From Nemertoderma westbladi (taxonomy: Eukaryota; Animalia; Xenacoelomorpha), in NCBI GenBank assembly GCA_032718475.1, contig JAUCBJ010000765.1, positions 1 through 64,000 on the forward strand: DNA of 64,000 bases, given 5' to 3'. The notes beneath the pieces were generated by a model. The model did not search any database, was not told where the DNA came from, and saw only the letters and a program-made list of their open reading frames with translations. Numbering within the stretch: position 1 is the first letter of the stretch; each line of letters starts with the position of its first letter. Position numbers and translations under genes: made by a program. Positions 10,695 through 20,036 of the stretch are shown piece after piece.

Positions 10695-12320
10695 TAACAT
10701 ATGGAGTGGGCGTGTGGCTATATCATTTTATATTTGTTTTTATTTTATATTTATGTATGTATTATTATGTAATTTTATTATAATCGTTTTCTTTAATTTT
10801 ATTTAGTAGAATGTTCTTTTAGTGATTATTTAGTAGATTAGTGCAATATATTAGTGTTTATTACGTACGTAATTACTTATAATATATTTAGTGCGACGGC
10901 GAGAAATAATTATTTTTTCTCTTTCCTTACTGTCCGTATCATATTATAAATACGTGACTACAGTAAGATGAAATGTCCGTACTTATTAAAGTACAATAAA
11001 GCCACTACTATATTCAAGTATTATTGGTAGGCAGAGTATTAGGAATGCAAAGTTCAGATCCTCGTGTCTCGGCTAAACCAAGCTCTGGGTAGACCTTGGA
11101 AACGACTTGCCTCTTCACACTGACATTGCTTCGTGCGATATTGCTCTTCTACCTTATAACAAATAATACATATAGTAGCGTGATGTCCCTCTAACAGTAG
11201 CGTAAAACGCAAATAAATCTGTTAAACCTTTTGACCATCTGTAATTCTAGTCGATTAAGATATCGCGGCACCCACCGATATACTTGAAAGACAAATTCTA
11301 GAATCAGTGGTTAACGTCCCCAGACAAGTTCTGGAATAAATCGGTGCCCATCTTAAATATTAATTTAATATTTATTAAAATCTGTAAAATTCAGATCTCT
11401 TAAATTTCTAGTCAATTAAGATATCGCAGCACTTACCGATACTCTTAAAAGACAATTTTCATAGAATTAAGGATCCTATGTCCCCAGACCTGCTCTGGAA
11501 TCAAATTGTGTCAATTTTAACATCAAATAATAAAATTCATGGGAATAAATTTAAATTCATATTTTAAATGAATTTCATAAATTGTCGTTTTATGCAATTT
11601 ATAACATTCCCAAAATTCCATTAATTAATAGATCATGGGAGCGGAGATTCATCCTATTGAGTGTATTGGCGTGCGAGAATCTCCGACATATAGTCAATAG
11701 CCGATAAAATTAATAAAATCATGCATAAAGAGGATATTGACAATTCAAGAATTATTATTAAATAGCATCCCAGATCTGTATGCATGAGAATTACCCTAAT
11801 TCTACCGCTAGCTTTCCATAATGTCACCATAGCAACACCCACGCTAGAATTAGAAGCAAGTTAAAAGAACAATAGAAAGCTTGTCCCATTGCATGGCATA
11901 GAGAATATAGCACACTGTTAGTATCCAAGGATACACAGTAATAACGTGACATTCTGGAAGGCACTGACTAACGGACAAATGGCCTGTATGTGTACAATTG
12001 GTGACAGTTGTGTGGAATTTGTGCGTTTGTAGGTGAATGTTACTGCTAAGGTGTGTTTACAGTAGCTAGTCGCAATTGTGAAAGTAACCCAACTCTCCTA
12101 TAGAAAGAACCTAAAGTGGATTCAAGCCTTTGGGACGGACAGTGGAGTGACTTGTGCCGGTTATCGTTGTCGTACTGTTGCTACATGTTGGCGTAAACAC
12201 CGCGACAACGGTACATCGGCGCTGAGGATCCCACTGTCCGGGGGCAAAGAGAGGTAGGCAGCGACGTCCGCTCGCCTAAACATAAACTCATTTCGATATT
12301 AACAAACTCAGATAGCAGAT

Positions 12321-13599
12321 ATGACGGAGTTGATAGAAGATGATCTTGGTATCAGGGAGCGATATACTCTACCTTTACAAGCATTTGTGGATAGCTTGAT
12401 ACGCGGTGAAACCGATCCAACCATTACGGAGGACGATGGTCGTTATATCGAACCGCCGACGTCCCAAGAGCAACTTACGCGTGAATTGGACTATCGAAAA
12501 TTCACCACTCGCTATACGAATCGTAATGGTACGTATATGGACTTCCTAACTACCAGCCATCCTATCGATTTACATGATACGGACGATGTAGACACCGAAA
12601 GGGACATGGTTCTATTTAAATATCATACCCAGCGGCGTCGTAACGATAAACCGAGAATAGATCACGAAAATTCTATTCGTAACAGACTGGGAAGACGAAC
12701 CAATATGCCTAGAATCTGAGGAGATTCAGCCTATCGCACTCGGAACAGCGACAACGATTACATCCTGGAATGGTATCAAGGTCCACTGCGTACGATTATC
12801 GCCATGCCAACTATGTTTCTCGGTAACGTTGTCGGTTATGCGCATCGAGAGACCATGTTACGCCCATGGACACAAACGTCCGCTGTTCCTATTTCCACGA
12901 ACAACTGGCGATGGAAATTTATTGCGCGTATTGCAGATTTAATAATTTGCATATTTTTGCGGTTTGCCCTCAATTTATGACTCAATGTCACCATTGTCAA
13001 CTAAAGGGACACGCCAGTTTCGATTGCCCTTTTAATCGCGATTTGGAAAGCGTAGATGAAATGATCACACTACGTTACATTAGAGCTTGGGAAGCGAAGG
13101 CTGATTTACATCGTGATTCGCGCCATCGCTATTATCCTGGACGCGCTTACGAAGGAATTTATGCGTTCCATCCTTATCTATTCGCTTCTGTCGAACAGAA
13201 ATCACGCATATCGAGTTACAGGAAGTATATCGACGGCCTTACGAATACCGAGCCCGTGAACGCGAGTTGGAAAGGACCATTAAACCCCGGAGGTTTCTAG
13301 CTGCCTATAGTCCACCCACGGCCCTCGTTCAGACCACTCGTAAAGGACCCATAAGAGCGGCTGTCTTAAAACGCGCTCTCAAAGCCGTTAGACCCCTCTC
13401 CCCCGACGTTGATATCAATCAACCCGGCACTTCGACTGGTGGATACACCGACCATAATTCTACACCCTCTGATGCAATCATATTGCACCCTTCACCCAGG
13501 AGTTATAACCCTCCTTGTAAAGTGGCTCGCCCCAAAGAGAAAAGGACTCTGGCTAGCTTTAAAAAACTGCGTAAACGCCGTCCGCGCAAGAAAGACTAA
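12321..13599 (+). pseudogene. Truncated/disrupted ORF3 homolog of element B (CCHC knuckles plus conserved C-terminal domain, no exonuclease)
   Basis: RCRLCASRDH (after in-frame TAA 12824-12826), CAYCRFNNLHIFAVC, CHHCQLKGHASFDC and AWEAKADLH..RYYPGRAYEGIYAFHP align to A ORF3 RCKLCGSTRH...CGYCGVKGHRSARC...KWEGVADYH..RWLPFKAGYGFWAVDP; split over three ORFs. Confidence 0.8.
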
Positions 13600-13667
13600 C
13601 CGTTTAGAGTATTTACGTATATTAGAAACTGTGATTTTGTATATTTCATAGACTCAAATCCCATTTT

Positions 13668-13677
13668 CTGGGAGCGG
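13668..13677 (+). promoter_or_regulatory. Short PPT-like site of B (CTGGGAGCGG)
   Basis: Directly precedes 3' LTR TGT; shares GGAGCGG with A's PPT. Confidence 0.7.
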
Positions 13678-14949
13678 TGTAAAAGCTTCTGTGGGATATA
13701 ACTGGCCCCTTTGCTTCGCAATCCAGTTTCCCCCCAGGCGCTGGAATACTCTAAAAAAGGTTCTCTAACTGTATATATATTCCCCTCGCCCGCAAGGTAC
13801 CATTACAGGTGTTTTAACGGACATAAAAGTCATTCTGCTATATACGTGTTTTAGCGGACATGGTAAGGCAAAAAACCCGCAATACGGCAAATACTTTTAC
13901 ACAGCTTAGCCGTGATGATTCAGATTACGACATCTAACAGCTGGTTGCTTAAATGGAAACAGCCATTGGACGCATGGTTCTTTGTTTGGCTTCAGCCAAT
14001 CAGAGCGATTCTCTCTGTCGATGTGGAGCTTTGAGCCGATCATACTGGGATTGTTCAGTCTTACAGTTTTTTACTGATACTTTGTTGTTATTGCTGTCTA
14101 AGCCAGAAACAACGGCTCTAGAAAGAAACATTAGTAGGCTTAAGATTATAGAGCGTATGACTGTTATCGGTTCATAACAACTCACATATCGGTCAATATC
14201 AGTGCATATCGCTGTACATATCTGTTCATATCATATCTTAACCTACCGTCTTAATGTTTTACTGTTGTCATATCTTATATCAGTGGATTGAATATTATTT
14301 GGAGAACATTTATAAAGAACCCAAATTTCCCAATTTTCTTGATACACTACAGGTTAGAGAGGCGGGTTATATATATAGCGATTGCGACTTATATTATTGT
14401 GGTGTGTATTGAATTTAATGCTATTTGATAAACCCTACATGAGTCCGTTGCTATTCTCTTTATATATGATAAAATTCATTGACGGTCGGCAAATTAGTGA
14501 GCAGTATTGTACGTTACCGGTAGTGTGCATGATTGTGGCTGATAACTAAGCATTTCCTAAAGAATGCGCCTCATACGTGAATCATAAGCCTTACCGACTT
14601 ACCGTTGTGATTAGTATAAGTCATATCTCTGTTTACTTAGATAGAGCGCCACGTCCTAAAAGGAACTGTTAATATTTCCCGAAAGTGAATAATATTAGTC
14701 AGAAATTAATTATTAACGATCAATCGAATAATACAATACCGTAAGCTTCACTGCAATAATAATCTAAGCCGACAGAATCCAGCCTCCCGGGATTATCCAG
14801 CGGGTGAATGGACGCGCACTAGGCTGGCTTCTGCTAATGTTGTGTTTATTGGTATTAAATATTTGTCATCTTCTAAAGTATATTTATAAATCAAAAGACA
14901 TATAAATTTTGGCAGGTTAAACTGCTAAAGGTCTTCAAAAGCGCGTACA
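13678..14949 (+). repeat. Element B 3' LTR
   Basis: Direct repeat of 2996-4267. Confidence 0.97.
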
Positions 14950-14954
14950 ATGGA

Positions 14955-15063
14955 CTAATATTACGTACAGTATAACGGACTAATATTGCATACTGCATAA
15001 CGGACTAATATTGCATACTGCATGATGACTAATAATATGGATACAGCGCCATATACCGTAACA
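14955..15063 (-). repeat. Element A 3' LTR, U3-start segment
   Basis: Matches 31795-31903; includes 25-bp subrepeats GGACTAATATTGCATACTGCATAAC. Confidence 0.95.
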
Positions 15064-15072
15064 CCGCTCCAA
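15064..15072 (-). promoter_or_regulatory. Short PPT-like site of A (TTGGAGCGG on minus strand)
   Basis: Directly precedes the minus-strand 3' LTR start TGTTACGG. Confidence 0.7.
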
Positions 15073-15556
15073 GGGAAATCATACAATGTTTCCCTCCAAT
15101 TGTAGAAGAGTATAAGGTGATGTATACAAAACAAAATAAATTTCTTCCAACCAATCTAAATACTTGATACTATAAGTCCTACTATTTACAAATATTGCTA
15201 TAGATATTGCATAATGAATTACATACAAATTAAATTTACAAAATATTATCTCTCTCATTGTTTAACGATTATTACATACAAATTAAATTTACAAAATATT
15301 GTTTCTCGTTCATTCTTACTACATAATGATTACTACATACAAATCAAATATAAAATTTTTGCTAGGGCAAGTGAAAGGAGTAAGCCAAACCCGCAGGTTT
15401 GTCTCCCCAATCACTTCCTTCGCCTCTTTCATAATATAAATTCAAATAGCTCAACTAGTGTATATGAGTCTAGTCGAAGATTTCCAAATGCTACAATATA
15501 CATCAGAGCGACGATGATGTATATATCTAGAGTCTGTCGCCCTGTGCTATAATGTA

Positions 15557-18500
15557 TTATCGACCCGCTCCTGGGTTCTTTGGGCTCGCTCCTCTCTTCC
15601 GCCCCCTTCCCAGATACACTAATCTACCTCCAGTCGACTCCGTTGATGGCGTCCGTGAGGCGTCACTCCCCGGAACCGGCGACGACGTTCCCTGAGCCCC
15701 GACAGACTCCCGGCTTGTACTTCTTCCTCGGCCTCGTCCCAATTGTCGCGCTCCCGTGGTCGCTTCCGCCAACTCTTCCTTATGCAGTTGCGCTCGCGCC
15801 TTCTCCGACGCTCCCTGCGCCTTACGCTGCAACCGTTGTGCTTCTATAATCGAATGATAGTGATCGTCCTTGACTTGACGCTTGTCTTGGACCCCTCCTC
15901 CTGGTTCTTTCCGCGAGCCTTGAGCTCCAGCGGTCGTCGCTGTGGTCGCTGCGATCCTTTGCTCCTGTATCCTCTCAGCGGTCAATGAACCCACTGGCAC
16001 ATGAGTCAACAAGAATTCGTTGCGGTATTGTATAGCCGCCATCCTCCAATCACCTCGCGCGCGTACCACTTTTCTAGTCTCCGTAAATACACCCTTCGTG
16101 ATGCGATCGCAAATAGCAACGAAGTTCCATGTGTACTTATTGTCCATGTTCAATTGTCTGAAGTACTCTCGAACTACGATAACTCCAGTGTTCTGTGGAA
16201 GGTCTTGAGCAGTTAGGATGAGCTCCTGATATTGTGGTAGCGATTGTAGATATGGCTCGTACGCAACATGCGATGGGTCTACCGCCCAAAACCCATATCC
16301 CGCTTTAAATGGTAACCAACGCATCTGCGCTTGAATATGGTAATCGGCCACACCCTCCCACTTATCTAACATCTCCCGAAGTAGGTTAGCGCTATGGTTT
16401 TGAAAGGAATCATCTCGCAGCTGACATCTCGCGCTACGATGTCCCTTTACCCCACAATATCCACATTGAGAAATGAAGACGGTGCACGTGTGAAACGAAT
16501 GGTCGGTCTCATTACACCAACGACAGACCTTATGCGCCGCCTCTACTACCGCGTCGCACGACTTTAGATTGTGCCTTGTGCTGCCGCACAATTTGCACCT
16601 ATGCGCTTGTGGAAACCAGGCCCTCTCGTATATGAGGTCTCCAATCGGTTTCGCACTTCCTTCCTTCCCAATGTCTAATACGATGTCGTCCTCTCCGGTC
16701 AACGGTTGTCGATCCGGAACAAAGTAAACATCCTCGCCCTTGTCCTCTATCTCCAATATTTCCTCCCGCGTTCGTTTCGGATATGTCTTCTCCACCGGAA
16801 GATCTACTCCGAACACCTCTACTAACGTCTCCGGCCAGCCCTCCTTAACAGGTCTATCAGCCTCCGAGTGGAAGGGAGTACCAAACCCGCGGGTTTGATT
16901 CCCGAACCACTTCTCCAAAGCTTCTGGCGTCGGATACTCCATCGACGGTCGGTCTCCCAAATCTCCGATGTTCTGTCGATATACTCCTTGGAATATCGCT
17001 AATCCTCTCCTAACCATCGACGTATTCTCTAACGATTGGTTGAAGAACGGGGTTAAGAAACGCTTCATCACGTCGGATTGGATTCCCCCTTTCGAGCGAA
17101 CGTATTGATCTCCTCCGAATACCAATGGATGACGCTTCAAAACTCGCGCAACGATATCCGCTAATAAACAAGTCACCGTGTTTGACTCAAGCACCAAATA
17201 ATATTGTAGCGACGCACGGGGTGGCGCGCAAATGTTCCAATACACTAACGCTTGCCGCTTGAAGTGGGATTTGAACTCCGCTCCCGGTGGCGTGTTGTAT
17301 TCACCATACACCTCCTCGTACTTCTTCTGCGTCTTTAACTTAAAGTCCCAATTATACAACAAGTGTGCTATAAAGCCCATACCAGTCTTGGCAGAGTTGG
17401 GATACTCCCTATAAATTCCAATATCCTGTGCCCATAGCAACAATAGCTTGGTGTCGACAAACGGTCTCGGCAATCTATCTTCCAGATCAGTCATGGCGTT
17501 GAAGTCGCTCTCCAAATCGCTCTGGACTCCCGATCCCACCTTGACGTAATCTTGGTTGAGAATAGCCTCTCTAACTTTCTTGGGTAACATCCTGGCGTCG
17601 ATACGCTCCGCTCCGTGCATACCTCCTCGCCTGCATACCTCCAAAATCTGTTCCCTAGGATCCTTCCCCTTCCGATATTGTGTCGTTATGATGGGCTCCG
17701 GTCTCTCTCGATCCGCCCTCACACGCATAAACACATGAGTCACACCATCGGCCGCACGAATTTGAATACACTTGCTGGTCAAACATTCCTGATGGGACCC
17801 TCCTTCATTGTCGTAGAACATCACCCTCCAATCCTGCAGTGATTCCTCCGTTTTCCTCCACTGACGCTGAATCTCGTCTGATGGGGTCCACATGCGCTCG
17901 ATAGCCTTGTGGTCATCATATCGGGTATAAGAACCCTTCCTCCTCAGCCACGTCTGGTCTACCTCCTCGTCGTCTGGGAATGTAGCCACCGCGACCCATA
18001 CCTTGATGTACTTATCCAACCATCCGAATAGCTTACTCTCCTTCCCCGGAGCTCCAATCTTATCCAATGTGTCGTAATCTGTGATCTGCATTGGGACATC
18101 ACGCAAGAACTTCGCGCATAAAACTTCCCGTAGACAGTCAACGTTCCAATGGTCCGCCATTCTTACCATCGGCAAGAATCGTATCGCTTCTCGCGACTCC
18201 GGATGATCTACTAATATCACAGGTTCGGTGCCGTCGGAATAATACACCGGTCCGGGTTGAGATACGACCTGTGGAACAAATCCGGTCACTCTCCTCGTCT
18301 CCTCTTGATGTCTATCCGCGGTCTTATTATACTCCGGTATCCTGTTCTCAAATAACTCTTTCGCCTTCGCCGCTCGCTCCTCTTGCCGCAACGAGTCTAT
18401 GTCGTCCTGATGCTCAGGCGTGAGGCTTCTCGCTCGGTGAGGTGAAGTAAACGTAGTCCAGGGACTCGAGAGCTCCAAACCCGCGGGTTTGGTACCCGAG

Positions 18501-19297
18501 TCCCGCGCCGCTTCGCGCCGCGCCTCTAGATCCTTGTAGGCTCGGTACAGCGAAATGGCCGCTGCCGTCTCTATCAAACTGGGTGTCAAACAGGGTTTAA
18601 TCTCCGTATACGGATCTAATGTCGTAACGGTCGGCGTAATAGGTCTCGGAGGTCGCTTTCCGCTGAAGTCGATACTGATCATCGGGTTGCTCATCGGGTA
18701 ACCTCCCTCGTTGTATCTAAGGAATTGGTGAGCTGGACATCGCGTTAATATCGGTTCTGGATGTTGCTCGTCTAATCGGTCGGGAATCGCTACGTCCTGT
18801 TTATTCATGCATTCACCACACTTGTAGAAGAGCTTGTATACGCTGAAGACTTTCGGCGTCTCCTGATCCTCGCCTCGAGTCCTCCGGTACAGATGCATTC
18901 CGTCGAACTGGTCTCGGACTGCAGGTAGAGGCTCCTCATGTCGTAAATACATATTCATATGGTATAGTCGTGCGATTTCCTCGTCCGGATCTGCGCTAAT
19001 GTCGCACACGTCCAAAGCGAAGTCGTAGGGATACCGCGTGCGATACTCTCTCCGCAAAACTTCCATCCGGTCCCCCAACGCTCTCATTCTTTCCCTCCGT
19101 AATTCTTTATCATAACTTGGCTTGTATTTCCCGTTTAGCTCCATCACGGACCGCCCATGGTAGTAAACGTTAGAGTCTTTATATCCCGGTCGCGCGAATG
19201 GTAACTCCGCCTCCTCTCTGGCATTAAATCCTCTGCGCGGTTGCGCTCTAATATCCCTCTTCATTATGCCTCGCGTATATACATATATATATCCCAA
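15557..19297 (-). CDS. Element A ORF3 (1246 aa): DEDDy/WRN-EXD-like 3'-5' exonuclease domain plus three CCHC zinc knuckles
   Basis: ExoI MFYDNE; ExoII LPKKVREAILNQDYVKVGSGVQSD; FVDT; GMGFIAHLL; ExoIII-like QYYLVLE (about 17170-17830); knuckles CKLCGSTRHNLKSC, CRWCNETDHSFHTC, CGYCGVKGHRSARC (about 16420-16600); no signal peptide or TM segment. Confidence 0.8.
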   Translation of the reverse strand: MGYIYVYTRGIMKRDIRAQPRRGFNAREEAELPFARPGYKDSNVYYHGRSVMELNGKYKPSYDKELRRERMRALGDRMEVLRREYRTRYPYDFALDVCDISADPDEEIARLYHMNMYLRHEEPLPAVRDQFDGMHLYRRTRGEDQETPKVFSVYKLFYKCGECMNKQDVAIPDRLDEQHPEPILTRCPAHQFLRYNEGGYPMSNPMISIDFSGKRPPRPITPTVTTLDPYTEIKPCLTPSLIETAAAISLYRAYKDLEARREAARDSGTKPAGLELSSPWTTFTSPHRARSLTPEHQDDIDSLRQEERAAKAKELFENRIPEYNKTADRHQEETRRVTGFVPQVVSQPGPVYYSDGTEPVILVDHPESREAIRFLPMVRMADHWNVDCLREVLCAKFLRDVPMQITDYDTLDKIGAPGKESKLFGWLDKYIKVWVAVATFPDDEEVDQTWLRRKGSYTRYDDHKAIERMWTPSDEIQRQWRKTEESLQDWRVMFYDNEGGSHQECLTSKCIQIRAADGVTHVFMRVRADRERPEPIITTQYRKGKDPREQILEVCRRGGMHGAERIDARMLPKKVREAILNQDYVKVGSGVQSDLESDFNAMTDLEDRLPRPFVDTKLLLLWAQDIGIYREYPNSAKTGMGFIAHLLYNWDFKLKTQKKYEEVYGEYNTPPGAEFKSHFKRQALVYWNICAPPRASLQYYLVLESNTVTCLLADIVARVLKRHPLVFGGDQYVRSKGGIQSDVMKRFLTPFFNQSLENTSMVRRGLAIFQGVYRQNIGDLGDRPSMEYPTPEALEKWFGNQTRGFGTPFHSEADRPVKEGWPETLVEVFGVDLPVEKTYPKRTREEILEIEDKGEDVYFVPDRQPLTGEDDIVLDIGKEGSAKPIGDLIYERAWFPQAHRCKLCGSTRHNLKSCDAVVEAAHKVCRWCNETDHSFHTCTVFISQCGYCGVKGHRSARCQLRDDSFQNHSANLLREMLDKWEGVADYHIQAQMRWLPFKAGYGFWAVDPSHVAYEPYLQSLPQYQELILTAQDLPQNTGVIVVREYFRQLNMDNKYTWNFVAICDRITKGVFTETRKVVRARGDWRMAAIQYRNEFLLTHVPVGSLTAERIQEQRIAATTATTAGAQGSRKEPGGGVQDKRQVKDDHYHSIIEAQRLQRKAQGASEKARAQLHKEELAEATTGARQLGRGRGRSTSRESVGAQGTSSPVPGSDASRTPSTESTGGRLVYLGRGRKRGASPKNPGAGR

Positions 19298-20036
19298 TAA
19301 GTGCCGTTACGTAACCAATTACACTGTGGGTGAATCAGTTAGATGTCGCCGAAGGACAGACCTCCCGAACCCCCCCCCCCCCCCCCCCCCCCGCCTTCCA
19401 GCAGTTCAGGTTCGACTCTCTAGATCCCGTCTCTTCCTAACTAACTATCCTCTAACCTATTCCCATGCATAGCGCAAAAACTTTGGAGATAAACTGGCCA
19501 TGACCAACTCACTTTTTGATGCCCAAACTACTCCCATTACTCGTACTAAACTACAGTAGTTAGAAAGGACCATAGCCACAATACTCGACTATACCAAACC
19601 CACAGGTTTGATAATCGAACATCACACATCCTGCAAACTACTGAGTGGGGTCCATGTACGCCTCTGGTGCTACTAACCTTTAGCACCTTAGTTGCACTGT
19701 TGGCACCAATCTGTGGAAGTTGCTAAACTCAATTTACACTCCTACGTAATATAGCCGTCACCATGGTTTCTAAATGCTATTTTCCAGGCTTCACGACTTT
19801 TCAAATTACTGTTTATCTATAGACAAATTCTAAAACGCGTCTATACACAGCGTCTGGAATTGTCTTGGGTTCACTTTTCTAATTTTAAAATTTTAAATTT
19901 TCCAAAATTTTAAAAATAAAATTTTGTTTTGATACCCACCAGACAAAACTCAACGCAAATCACCACAACCCCGCTCCTATGCATTTCCTTGTAATTTGCA
20001 TACGAGGAATGCATACAAAGTGAGTTGCGTCCAACA

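Larger units (their letters stand above)
2996..14949 (+). mobile_element. Non-autonomous BEL/Pao element 'B' (gag-protease only) nested in A's 3' LTR in opposite orientation
   Basis: LTRs 2996-4267 and 13678-14949 (TGTAAAAG...GCGTACA); TSD ATGGA at 2991-2995 and 14950-14954, present only once in the uninterrupted A LTR (31790-31794). Confidence 0.97.

Noticed and set aside
15557-19297. ORF3 as an envelope gene
   Set aside because: No signal peptide or transmembrane anchor; exonuclease and knuckle motifs instead
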